Origin: Betaproteobacteria bacterium
Lineage (GTDB): Bacteria > Pseudomonadota > Gammaproteobacteria > Burkholderiales > Eutrophovitaceae
Assembly: GCA_020346185.1 (NCBI GenBank)
Contig: CP070775.1
Location: 725,398 to 789,397, forward strand
Length of the DNA: 64,000 bases
Reading direction: 5' to 3'
Every line of letters begins with the position of its first letter. Position 1 is the first letter of the stretch. The notes beneath the pieces are model-generated. The model saw only the letters and a list, made by a program, of their open reading frames with translations, searched no databases and was not told the DNA's origin. The position numbers and the translations under genes are program-made. This document shows positions 20,101 through 28,498 of this stretch, piece by piece.

Positions 20101-20906
20101 ACACCAGCGACTCGCGAAAGCTCCTCGATATGCGGTCGCAAGTCTTTCGCACCCAGCGCGCAGTTCAGGCCGACGCTGAATGGCCGGGCGTGCGACACCG
20201 AATTCCAGAACGCTTCGGGGGTCTGGCCACTGAGTGTGCGGCCACTGGCATCGGTAATCGTCGCCGACAGCATCACCGGCCGCTCGACGGCGTGTTTCTC
20301 AAAGAAGTCGTCGATGGCAAACAGTGCCGCCTTGCAGTTGAGCGTATCGAACACGGTCTCAACCAGCAGCAGATCGGCGCCACCCTCAATCAGGCCGCCG
20401 ACACATTCGCTGTAGCAGGCAACCAGTTCGTCGAAACTGACATTGCGATAGCCCGGATCGTTAACGTCAGGCGATATCGACGCCGTGGCGTTGGTTGGCC
20501 CCATCACGCCGGCGACAAAGCGCGGTTTGCCGGGCGCCTTCCTGCTCCAGGCATCGGCCCGCTCGCGAGCCAACTGTGCCGCGGCACGGTTCAACTCCGC
20601 AACCCGGTCAGTCAGCCCATAGTCGGCCATCGACACCGAGTTGGAATTGAATGTATTGGTTTCGATGATATCGGAGCCGGCCTCCAGGTAGGCGTCATGG
20701 ATACCGCCAATGATTCCCGGCTGGGTTAACGTCAGCAGGTCATTGTTGCCGGTCTGATCGCACTGATGCTCGCGGAAGCGGTCCCCGTGATAGTGCTCAC
20801 GCGACAGTTTGTGTCCCTGGATCATGGTGCCCATGGCACCGTCCAGGATGAGGATGCGCTCGGAGAGTCGCTCGAAGAAAACCTTGCTGTTGTCCGTATT
20901 ACCCAA
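17190..20906 (-). CDS. metH: Cobalamin-dependent methionine synthase
   Basis: All modules are present: Hcy-binding ([13 protein letters not shown]), pterin-binding, B12-binding (DVHDIGKN) and the AdoMet activation domain. The start is uncertain. I prefer the TTG at 20906 (AGGGG upstream), because the track start at 20945 lies inside a terminator-like hairpin. Confidence 0.93.
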   Translation of the reverse strand: MGNTDNSKVFFERLSERILILDGAMGTMIQGHKLSREHYHGDRFREHQCDQTGNNDLLTLTQPGIIGGIHDAYLEAGSDIIETNTFNSNSVSMADYGLTDRVAELNRAAAQLARERADAWSRKAPGKPRFVAGVMGPTNATASISPDVNDPGYRNVSFDELVACYSECVGGLIEGGADLLLVETVFDTLNCKAALFAIDDFFEKHAVERPVMLSATITDASGRTLSGQTPEAFWNSVSHARPFSVGLNCALGAKDLRPHIEELSRVAGVHTSLHPNAGLPNAFGEYDETPEYTASFLEEFANAGFLNIAGGCCGTTPAHIREIASRLDKLAPRVPPQIEKKLRLAGLEPLNIGKDSLFVNVGERTNVTGSRAFARLIVAEDYPQALSVARQQVDNGAQIIDVNMDEAMLDSEATMTRFMNLIASEPDISRVPAMLDSSKWVVIEAGLKCVQGKPVVNSISLKEGEDEFIRQAKLARRYGAAAIVMAFDEKGQADTMQRRIEICRRAYNLLVDEVGFPPEDIIFDPNVFAVATGIEEHASYGIDFIEATRHIKEHLPYASVSGGVSNISFSFRGNDGIREAIHTVFLYHAVQAGMTMGIVNAGQLGVYEDINGELLERIEDVLFNRRNDATERLVEFAEGYSAEKKVAREDLSWREGSVSERLTHALVKGINSYIVEDTEEARLAVKHPIEVIEGPLMDGMNVVGDLFGAGKMFLPQVVKSARVMKEAVAHLVPFIEEEKAKSGDAGKPKGRILLATVKGDVHDIGKNIVAVVLQCNNFEVVNLGVMVPAERILQTAREVDADIIGLSGLITPSLEEMAHVAKEMQRLGFSAPLLIGGATTSRVHTAVKIEPNYSAGPTVWVPDASRSVGVCTSLISNELRDEYLKKVRDEAARTRALHQGKKGQGPHHSIAAAREHGVTTDWGKVIPPVPARLGLRVLHDYPLADVAKYIDWTPFFQTWELAGRYPKILQDEVVGKAARDLFEDAQKMLASIIDERWLRANAVVGLFPANSVGDDIEVYDDESRTKVLKRFHFLRQQMVKPADRFNHCLADYVAPKDTGVADYLGAFAVTAGIGIEERVAGYEARHDDYNAIMLKALADRLAEALAELMHRRVRTEWWGYASEEKLTGGEIIAENYRGIRPAPGYPACPDHTEKGPLFELLDATRNAGISLTESYAMMPAAAVSGFYFSHPEARYFAVARIDRDQVEDYARRRGVAVEEAERWLAPNLAYEPNAAVTA

Positions 20907-20920
20907 AAAAACCGACCCCT

Positions 20921-20958
20921 GAAAAACAAAAAACCCGACCGCCAAAGCAGTCGGGTTT
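20921..20958 (-). terminator. Intrinsic-terminator-like hairpin in the metH 5' leader
   Basis: The minus strand reads AAACCCGAC-tgctttggcg-GTCGGGTTT followed by TTTGTTTTT. There is no upstream minus-strand gene for about 790 bp, so it sits in a leader and not at a gene end. Confidence 0.55.
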
Positions 20959-21735
20959 TGATTCCCACGCTTTAGCCATATTTATTACGCGCCTGCAAGC
21001 TGAGAATCAAATCGGCGCAATGTGAAACGCTAATGGTTTCGGGCGGGACTGTCAATCAGGATGCACGGACGGGCAACACCATCACGCGAACAATAGGAAC
21101 ATCGGCGCGCCCGGCCAGCCGAACTGCTACACCCAGCCGATAAGTACATCTTCGGCACCGAAGCTGCAAAGCAGTCGCGGCATAAGCTATCGCGACGCTT
21201 CAACGACGAGCGGATTCTGCTTATGCAAGCTTTTACAATATGGCATGTCAACCAGCGGCATTCCCCCCCGCAACTTGTCCTGAACTGTCTTTTCATACAG
21301 CACATGAAATCGTCATTATCCTGTGAGGGAAAATTGAAGCTGGAAAGCCTCGGCGTCCGATGATAGACAATCCTCAGGCAAAATAGTGAACGTGATGCCC
21401 AGCGCAGAGAAAGGCAAACTCAAGATGCCGGCGCTGTGTTACGGTGGTGAAGAGGGCACACGGCCCCCGGTATCGCGGCGACCGGGGCATGGCAACGTGT
21501 TGCAAGGCGAGAGTGCGTCCGCGTAATTGAGGGGTGTGGTCACCAAATTCCGGAACAGCGGCCCGAATGAGTGGCGAAACAGTTGCTCGCATTCTTCAGC
21601 GTGGAACCGCTGTGACCAAAGCCGGTTTGCCGCGGACCTGCAAATGAAACACGGCACCGAGGACTAACGGGCGTTGCGCTCACGGCGGGTATTTAGAGGC
21701 AGGCGTGCTGAAGGGCACCGTTTAACTTCGATAGC

Positions 21736-22686
21736 ATGAAAGCAAAGTGGCTGGCTGTGCTCGCCGCCTGCGCGTTTGCAGGGCTGGTCGGATCTTATTA
21801 CGCGCTCGACAGCGAGAAAAATATCCTCGATCAAGCCGAACGCATGCGCTTGGGCGGCAGCTATATCGAGTTAACAAACGGGGTAACTCACTACCAGCTG
21901 ACAGGGCCGGTACACGGGAGAGTGGTTGTACTGATACACGGCGGCACAGTGGCGGGTTGGATCTGGGAAAAGCAGGTCGAGGCGCTCGCCGGCGCCGGCT
22001 ACCGGGTTCTGCAGTACGATCAGTTCGGCCGCGGTTTCTCTGACCGGCCCGACGTCGCTTATGACCGGGGTTTGTATGTCCGACAGCTCATCGAGCTGGT
22101 CGACAAAACCGGACTGCCGGAAAAATTCGACCTTATCGGCGTCTCCTTCGGTGGCGCAATCGCGGTCAGTTTCGCAGCAACTCATGCCGATCGAGTGCGC
22201 ACACTGACCTTGATCTCGCCTCTTGTCAGTCGCTTCAAGGTGCCAACCATCTTCCGAATGCCCATCGTCGGAGAATTTGCAGCAAGAATCATCGGCATCG
22301 ACATGCTTGTGGAACGGCTTGTCGCTTTGCTGGAAGGCGTTCCCGATTCGGCACACTACGAAGAACGCTTTGTCGAGCAGACAACGTATGCCGGCTTTCA
22401 GCGCTCGCTTCTATCCATGGTGCGAAGCGATGCCCTCGGCGACTATGGTAGCGAATACCGGGCGGTCGGGCGCCAAACGCGTGAAGCCCTACTGATCTGG
22501 GGCACGGCAGACGAGGAGATCAGTCGCAGCATGATCGACCAGGCCCGGTCGTCTATTCCTGACCTTCGCTTCGAGCCGGTCGAAGGCGCCGGGCACGGCA
22601 TCATGCTGCAAAGGCCCGAGGTGGTGAATGATTTGGTGCTTGGATTCCTGAGAGACACTAACGCCCACAGCACAGCGCCCCAATGA
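21736..22686 (+). CDS. Alpha/beta-fold hydrolase with N-terminal signal/anchor
   Basis: HGG oxyanion motif (VLIHGGTVAG), nucleophile elbow GVSFGG and a C-terminal GHGIMLQRPE. Confidence 0.8.
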   Translation: MKAKWLAVLAACAFAGLVGSYYALDSEKNILDQAERMRLGGSYIELTNGVTHYQLTGPVHGRVVVLIHGGTVAGWIWEKQVEALAGAGYRVLQYDQFGRGFSDRPDVAYDRGLYVRQLIELVDKTGLPEKFDLIGVSFGGAIAVSFAATHADRVRTLTLISPLVSRFKVPTIFRMPIVGEFAARIIGIDMLVERLVALLEGVPDSAHYEERFVEQTTYAGFQRSLLSMVRSDALGDYGSEYRAVGRQTREALLIWGTADEEISRSMIDQARSSIPDLRFEPVEGAGHGIMLQRPEVVNDLVLGFLRDTNAHSTAPQ

Positions 22687-22730
22687 CACGACTTTGCTGC
22701 TAACGCATGCGCGCGAGGATACTGCGGCCA

Positions 22731-23156
22731 ATGAAACCACGAATCAGCATGATTACCCTTGGTGTTCGTGATCTGCCAGCGTCCGTCCGGTTCTATGAGC
22801 AGGGGCTGGGTTTCCCGAGAATGGAATCACCGCCTGAGGTTGCTTTTTTCAAGCTCAACGGAACGTGGCTCGGGCTCTACGGCCGGGAAGCTTTGGCCAA
22901 GGATGCAACCGTGCCGGCCAAGGGAGAGGGGTTCGAAGGCTTTGCCCTTGCTCACAACGTGAACTCGCAAGAAGAGGTCGACGCAGTGATCTCTCAGGCT
23001 ATCGACGCCGGAGCGACATTGGTAAAGAAACCGCAGAAAGTTTTCTGGGGTGGGTACAGTGGCTACTTCAAGGATCCCGACGGTCACCTGTGGGAGGTGG
23101 CTCACAATCCGTTCTTTTGGGTTGGGCCGGAAGACCAAAACGCAAAGCAAACATGA
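22731..23156 (+). CDS. VOC/glyoxalase-family protein
   Basis: MKPRISMITLGVRDLPASVRFYEQGLGF ... FKDPDGHLWEVAHNP; typical VOC fold motifs. Confidence 0.8.
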   Translation: MKPRISMITLGVRDLPASVRFYEQGLGFPRMESPPEVAFFKLNGTWLGLYGREALAKDATVPAKGEGFEGFALAHNVNSQEEVDAVISQAIDAGATLVKKPQKVFWGGYSGYFKDPDGHLWEVAHNPFFWVGPEDQNAKQT

Positions 23157-23371
23157 TCACGTCGGTTCACGACCAAAAGCCACGAATCGTCGCCTGGCCC
23201 GGTTGCAATCTCGTCTTTCCAGTTTCGGCCGTGCTGCACAGGCAACCGGAGCACGAGAGGCGCGCTCGCGGGTAGCCAGCTTCGCGAAGTGACGGCAGAC
23301 AATAAAGCTCGGTTTTCAAGGTCGCCAGCCGGGTGAAACCCCTACTTTCCGGGACGACAAACGATAAACCC

Positions 23372-24268
23372 ATGCTCAGGCTGGGTATCGACCTTGGAGG
23401 AACGAAGACCGAGATCATCGCGTTGGATGATCTTGGCCGTGAGCTGCTGCGCAAACGCGTTGCGACGCAGCGCGGCGACTACGATGCCACACTGCTGAGC
23501 ATCGTGTCGCTGGTTGAGGAGACGGAACGCGCGTTGGGCGATCGCGGCTCGGTGGGTATCGGCACGCCGGGCGCCATTTCTGCCGCCACCGGCCTCATGC
23601 GCAACTGCAATTCGACCTGGCTGAACGATCGGCCGCTGCGTGAGGACTTGATCCAGCTTCTCGATCGCGACGTTCAAATCGAGAACGATGCCAACTGCTT
23701 CGCTCTGTCGGAGGCGACCGATGGGGCCGGCGCCGGCCACCATGTGGTGTTCGGCGCGATCCTCGGCACCGGTGTCGGTGGCGGCGTAGTGGTCGATGGA
23801 AAATTGCTCACCGGGCCCAACCGCATCGCTGGCGAATGGGGGCACAATCCATTGCCGTGGACGCGCGACGACGAGCGCCCGGGACCCGCCTGCTACTGCG
23901 GAAAGAACGGTTGCATCGAGACCTTTCTGTGCGGACCTGCACTCAGCCGTGATCATGCTCGGCACACCGGCATCGACGTTTCCACGCAGGAGATCGTAAC
24001 CGCGGCCATGCAGGGCGAGGCTCACAGCCTTGCGAGTCTGGAGCGTTACGAGGATCGGCTGGCAAGGGCGCTGGCATACGTGATCAACATCCTCGATCCG
24101 GACGTCATCGTACTCGGCGGCGGCCTGTCCAACATTCCACGTTGGTACCAGCGCGTTCCGAAGCTTTGGGCACGATGGGTGTTTTCGGATCGCGTCGATA
24201 CCGCACTGTTATGCAACCGGCACGGCGATTCGAGTGGCGTGCGGGGAGCCGCATGGCTGGGCGGCTGA
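23372..24268 (+). CDS. ROK-family sugar kinase (N-acetylglucosamine kinase/fructokinase-like)
   Basis: LGIDLGGTKTE ATP motif and the ROK zinc motif CYCGKNGCIETFLCG. Start at ATG 23372. Confidence 0.85.
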   Translation: MLRLGIDLGGTKTEIIALDDLGRELLRKRVATQRGDYDATLLSIVSLVEETERALGDRGSVGIGTPGAISAATGLMRNCNSTWLNDRPLREDLIQLLDRDVQIENDANCFALSEATDGAGAGHHVVFGAILGTGVGGGVVVDGKLLTGPNRIAGEWGHNPLPWTRDDERPGPACYCGKNGCIETFLCGPALSRDHARHTGIDVSTQEIVTAAMQGEAHSLASLERYEDRLARALAYVINILDPDVIVLGGGLSNIPRWYQRVPKLWARWVFSDRVDTALLCNRHGDSSGVRGAAWLGG

Positions 24269-24786
24269 GTGCCAACCGGCTCCGCACGAACCAACCAACG
24301 AGGCTCAACGATCAATCGAACGATGGAATCAAACGGCCTATTGCCTGTTCGATGCGTGCTGTTGCACTCCTGTTTGATTGGTGCTCTCGCGCCGTCGGTC
24401 TTCGCGGTCGCTGGGGCAGCCCGGACTGACACCGAGGACCCTGCGGCTTCTGATAGTGACGTTGGCCTCCAAGCGGACGATCAAGATGTTGCCGGAGCGG
24501 CATTCCCACGCCTCTCCAACCCACTCGAGATCCATGCCAGCAATTCTGAATGATCGATCGCGCACGACGAGCCCCGGCAAGTCGCCACCCGCTCGCCCGC
24601 CTACGCTTGCTGGACAGTCTATCCCCGGCCTCAAAGGCGTAGTGCAGTCGATCTAAGGTAGACTCCGCCTCTTGCGTGTCGCGGCAACCACGGACGCCGC
24701 GTGCAGCTCTTTGCCCGGCCCCATCAAGATGGTCTGCACCGGGGTTTCTTTTTTGACTTTCTCAGAACCAACGACATTCCCAGAAC

Positions 24787-25866
24787 ATGACCAGCCTGCT
24801 CGACCAGCTTACCTTTAGCCACGGCCCATCCATGAAGAACCGCTTCATGCTGGCCCCCCTCACCAACCAACAAAGCCACGAAGACGGCACCATATCGGAC
24901 GAAGAATTCCGCTGGCTCACCATGCGTGCCGAAGGTGGCTTTGGCCTGACGATGACGTGCGCCTCGCACGTGCAGGAAATCGGCAAGGGCTTTCCGGGCC
25001 AGCTCGGAATCTGGGACGACAAACACTTACCCGGATTGACGCGTTTGGTTAAGGCCATCCACTCGCATGACAGCATCGCCGTGTCGCAGCTGCATCACGC
25101 CGGTTTGCGCTCACCCGCGGACGTCATCGGCACGACACCGGTGTGCCCATCAGACAACGAAAAGACCGGCGCGCGGGGACTTACGCACGGCGAAGTGAAG
25201 CAGTTGATTGAGGACTTCGTCGCTGCCGCCGTGCGTGCCGAGAAGGCCGGTTTCGACGGCGTCGAGCTGCACGGTGCGCATCAGTACATCCTCTGCCAGT
25301 TCTTGAGTGGCGACATCAACCGCCGCGATGACGAATATGGCGGCAGCCTGGAAAACCGCTCGCGCATCCTGTTCGAGTTAATTGATGGAATCCGTGCACG
25401 GTGCCGCAAGGACTTCATGCTGGGGGTGCGCCTGTCTGCCGAACGATTCGGCATCAAACTGGCGGAGTCAATCGAGGTCGCACAGCGGCTGATGAGCGAA
25501 GACAGGATCGACTTTCTCGACATGTCGCTGTGGGACGTGTTCAAGGAACCGGAGGAGGACGAGTTCAAGGGCCGCACCTTGATAAGCTACTTCACCGAAC
25601 TCGATCGCCGCAACACCCGGCTTGGCGTCGCCGGCAAGATTCGCACGCCGCACGACGCCGAGGTCACCCTTGATGCCGGTGCTGACTGGATCATGCTTGG
25701 CCGAGCGGCAATGCTGCAGCATGATTGGCCAAACCGCTATGAGGAAAATCCCTCCTTCAGGCCGGTCGAGATGCCTGTGCCGCGCAAGTATCTCGAGAGC
25801 GAGGGTATTTCGAAGAAGTTCCAGGATTACATCCAGGGCAGATGGCCGGAGTTTTTTGCCGACTAA
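24787..25866 (+). CDS. NADH:flavin oxidoreductase (Old Yellow Enzyme family)
   Basis: The PLTN...QLHHAG...GFDGVELHGAHQYILCQFLS pattern of OYE TIM-barrel flavoenzymes. Confidence 0.85.
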   Translation: MTSLLDQLTFSHGPSMKNRFMLAPLTNQQSHEDGTISDEEFRWLTMRAEGGFGLTMTCASHVQEIGKGFPGQLGIWDDKHLPGLTRLVKAIHSHDSIAVSQLHHAGLRSPADVIGTTPVCPSDNEKTGARGLTHGEVKQLIEDFVAAAVRAEKAGFDGVELHGAHQYILCQFLSGDINRRDDEYGGSLENRSRILFELIDGIRARCRKDFMLGVRLSAERFGIKLAESIEVAQRLMSEDRIDFLDMSLWDVFKEPEEDEFKGRTLISYFTELDRRNTRLGVAGKIRTPHDAEVTLDAGADWIMLGRAAMLQHDWPNRYEENPSFRPVEMPVPRKYLESEGISKKFQDYIQGRWPEFFAD

Positions 25867-25943
25867 CGCTGTCCGCAGTAAGCGGCGACCGGCGCGCGAC
25901 GTTACACGGGGTCGGTCTTTGAACTGATCAACCGCAACGCGGT

Positions 25944-26981
25944 TTACACAGGGTCGACCTGAAACAGTTTGCGGTGATGATATGTCGCCAGACAGACGGT
26001 GCAAAGACCATCCGACCGTGAGGTTGGGGCATGGTAATCAACACCGCAAGCAGAGCAGCGCTGCGAATTCAAAGCGATCGATTGCTGAGGTGAGGTGGTC
26101 CACGGCCACAGCGAGATCGCCTTTGGCTCGCACACATCGACACACAGATGGCAGCCTGTGCAGCGCGAAGCATCTGCACGATAGTGAAGCACTTGCTCCT
26201 CGACCAATGCGAGCGCGCCTGTCGGGCAGACACGCGTACACGCATCGCAACCATCACAACGTTCGGCATCGATGAGCGGGGCCGCGGGAAACACCGCGCC
26301 CTTTGAATCAGATTCGCCGAGCAGCGCTGCCACCGTTGCCGGTGTATCGGCTTCGCCTCGATCGTGGCCGGGATCGACCATGCGCCGCAGGAACGCACGA
26401 CGGCGGGGAGAGACGGGCGTTGCGGCTGACGCGTCACGAATTACGGTGTTGAATTGCCCGCTTTCCAGATAGCGGACTTCAATTTCACGCATGCGACGAC
26501 TGCTCAACATCTCATTGACGTGTAAGACCGTTTGGTCAAGTCGCAGCGTTTGCGGGTCGCATCGCCCGCAATCCCCCGCTGTCACGACCAAACCTCGAAC
26601 ACCCGCCCCGTACAGGCGCAACAGGTCGCGCCAGCTCAGGGCATGCACGCAGGGAAGCGAACAGTGAACCTTGCCGACTCCGGAGTGCGCACACGCAAAA
26701 TACGCAGTGTTGCCCTCGCGCAAGGCCACTGATTCAACTGGTTGTTGCTGTGAATCTATGGCTTCTTGCGGGCATGCCGCCGCGCATAACATACAGCCAT
26801 TACAGGCGCTCACATCGAGTTCGAGGGCATCCTCCCCGAGCGAGAGCGCTCCGGTCGGACAGACAACGGCACACGCCTGGCAGCTCGCTCCGGCAAGACG
26901 GTCATGAACACAACGCGTCTCATTGAAAATCGGTTGCGTATTTTCGATGCGTGTTGAAGACAATGACAATCTCATCGCCAA
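25944..26981 (-). CDS. Cytoplasmic polyferredoxin (four 4Fe-4S motifs plus a C-terminal CxxC...CxxC pair), NapF-like maturation or electron-transfer protein
   Basis: Motifs CQACAVVCP, CNGCMLCAAACP, CDGCDACTRVCP, CTGCHLCVDVCEP, and CSACG...CTVC. No signal or Tat motif. Last gene of the operon. Confidence 0.75.
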   Translation of the reverse strand: MAMRLSLSSTRIENTQPIFNETRCVHDRLAGASCQACAVVCPTGALSLGEDALELDVSACNGCMLCAAACPQEAIDSQQQPVESVALREGNTAYFACAHSGVGKVHCSLPCVHALSWRDLLRLYGAGVRGLVVTAGDCGRCDPQTLRLDQTVLHVNEMLSSRRMREIEVRYLESGQFNTVIRDASAATPVSPRRRAFLRRMVDPGHDRGEADTPATVAALLGESDSKGAVFPAAPLIDAERCDGCDACTRVCPTGALALVEEQVLHYRADASRCTGCHLCVDVCEPKAISLWPWTTSPQQSIALNSQRCSACGVDYHAPTSRSDGLCTVCLATYHHRKLFQVDPV

Positions 26982-27009
26982 GCGCCGGTGGCACGCTTCT
27001 TACGTGGTA

Positions 27010-27798
27010 TCACCAAGACGGTTTCAAACCCGGATGGAAAGCAATCGGAACGACGTTGGTTTCCCTGTTGGGTTTCATGCGCTGTTCGATTTCCTCGGCC
27101 GAAGGTCTCGGCTCACCGTTGATCTCGACGATCAGGTCACGCAGGGCCACGCAACAGGAGGCAGTCAACAGCGCCGCCCCGGCATAGAAACCGGTTGTAC
27201 AGCGCTCGGCCACTCGCGCCGCGAAATTGGGCAGCCAGCGCAACAGATGTTCATCCATGAACCGCCCGATCTCACCCAGATCGACTTCGTCAAAGCGGCG
27301 AAGCAGTGTTTCCAGAAAGTGCAGCTGTGCCACCAGATGGTCGTCGGAGCGCGTGCGCCAGTTCTCAACCGCAAGACCGAAGCGGCGATACCAGGATCGA
27401 ATCTGGAAAGTGGCGGCCTGCAGCGCCAGCCCCTCGGCGTCCAGCCATACTGATTCGCACGGCGAAGCACGGTATTTGTGGTTCAGGTAAATCGCCGCGT
27501 AGTCGGCGGCGAGCTCATCGAGCACCCAAGCCTCAGGTGTGGCGCCAATACTGGCAAGCGATTCAGCCAGTATTGCGGCACTATCGCGCACCTGCCGGGA
27601 AAAGTCAGCCAGCATCACTGCAGCGGGAAAATCACTCTCGTGCAGATAGGCGAGCAGTTCCGGACCAAGCTCGCGATCGTGAAGTGCCGCCAAAACGCGA
27701 AGATCATCGGCCACGGCATTGCGTACCCGCTGCACCTGTGCCGCGTCGAGATCGCTGTCCATTGCGCAAGGCATGTTCTTTTCAGCCGATTCATCCAT
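27010..27798 (-). CDS. TorD/DmsD-family redox-enzyme maturation chaperone
   Basis: The LAADYAAIYL...SDDHLVAQLHFLETLL pattern is typical of TorD-like chaperones. I chose the start ATG at 27798, which overlaps the beta-subunit stop (ATGGATGA). The track start is 27840. Confidence 0.75.
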   Translation of the reverse strand: MDESAEKNMPCAMDSDLDAAQVQRVRNAVADDLRVLAALHDRELGPELLAYLHESDFPAAVMLADFSRQVRDSAAILAESLASIGATPEAWVLDELAADYAAIYLNHKYRASPCESVWLDAEGLALQAATFQIRSWYRRFGLAVENWRTRSDDHLVAQLHFLETLLRRFDEVDLGEIGRFMDEHLLRWLPNFAARVAERCTTGFYAGAALLTASCCVALRDLIVEINGEPRPSAEEIEQRMKPNRETNVVPIAFHPGLKPSW

Positions 27799-28468
27799 TG
27801 TCTTCATCCACCTTGCCCTTGCTATGCGGCACGAACGCAATCGATGGCTTGGTTAGCTGCGGATCGGCGAAATTCTTCACTGCCTTGACCGGTTTCTCGC
27901 CTGGCGCCATTGCCTTGGTCGCATGTTCGCCACGCCACAACTGTTCGATCGGCCCGATATCCAGCACCCGCATCATGCATGCCGAAACACAATACGGCTT
28001 GCGACCAGCATCGATCTCGTCGACACACATGTTGCATTTCTTGACGATGCGATCTTCGGGATCGAATTGCGGCGCACCGTACGGGCACACCGCCTCGCAG
28101 CGGCGGCAACCAATGCACAGCGTCGAGTCGATGTCGACGATGCCGTCCTGCTTGCGTTTCCATATCGCGCCGGTCGGGCAAGCCGGCAGACAAGCAGGTT
28201 CGGCGCAATGATTACAGGACATGTTGACCTTGTAGGCGTAGACTTCCGGGTAGGTACCGCCCTCGATGTACTGCACGCGACGAAAACGCGGCCCCGGCGG
28301 CAAGCCGTTCTTGTCCTTGCACGCGATCTCACAGGCACGACAACCGATACAGTCGACGTTGTGATGGATAAAGCCGAGCTGCATGTCGGGCTTGACCGGT
28401 ACGTAGGTCTCGCGCCTGCGCCTGCGTACCGCTGCCTTGACCTTTTCCTTGTCTACCTGATTCGCCAT
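27791..28468 (-). CDS. DmsB-like iron-sulfur (beta) subunit, four [4Fe-4S] motifs
   Basis: Motifs CIGCRACEIAC, CNHCAEPACLPAC, CIGCRRCEAVC and CNMCVDEIDAGRKPYCVSAC. GGAG lies upstream of ATG 28468. It has no Tat signal of its own, so it would hitch-hike with alpha. Confidence 0.9.
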   Translation of the reverse strand: MANQVDKEKVKAAVRRRRRETYVPVKPDMQLGFIHHNVDCIGCRACEIACKDKNGLPPGPRFRRVQYIEGGTYPEVYAYKVNMSCNHCAEPACLPACPTGAIWKRKQDGIVDIDSTLCIGCRRCEAVCPYGAPQFDPEDRIVKKCNMCVDEIDAGRKPYCVSACMMRVLDIGPIEQLWRGEHATKAMAPGEKPVKAVKNFADPQLTKPSIAFVPHSKGKVDEDNG

Positions 28469-28498
28469 GACTTCGCTCCGTGAGTGCCGCTGAGCAGA

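Noticed and set aside
17178-20729. Several long plus-strand ORFs (402, 226, 212, 259 aa and others) opposite metH
   Set aside because: These are shadow ORFs of a GC-rich gene. They are Arg/His/Gly-rich with no motifs, and the minus strand encodes an unmistakable full-length MetH.
21400-21700. Partial resemblances to a cobalamin riboswitch (GGTCACCAAATTCCGG...; AAGCCGG...GACCTGC) and to the SAH-riboswitch 3' element (AACGGGCGTTGCGCTCAC)
   Set aside because: The fragments are on the plus strand, which is wrong for metH. They lack the GCCACTG/B12-box core and the GAGGAGCGCUGC element, and the spacing does not fit either consensus. I made no call; only a covariance-model scan could settle it.
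24269-24786. Candidate small acidic secreted peptide (ATG 24323, MESNGLLPVRCVLLHSCLIGALAPSVFAVAGA...) and overlapping ORFs in the nagK-like/OYE intergenic region
   Set aside because: No Shine-Dalgarno sequence, three overlapping ORFs in different frames of similar length (typical GC-rich noise), and no recognisable family.
27306-28483. 301-aa and 186-aa plus-strand ORFs opposite the TorD-like and DmsB-like genes
   Set aside because: Antisense shadows with low-complexity Arg/Pro/Ala-rich translations. The minus strand carries four canonical ferredoxin motifs.
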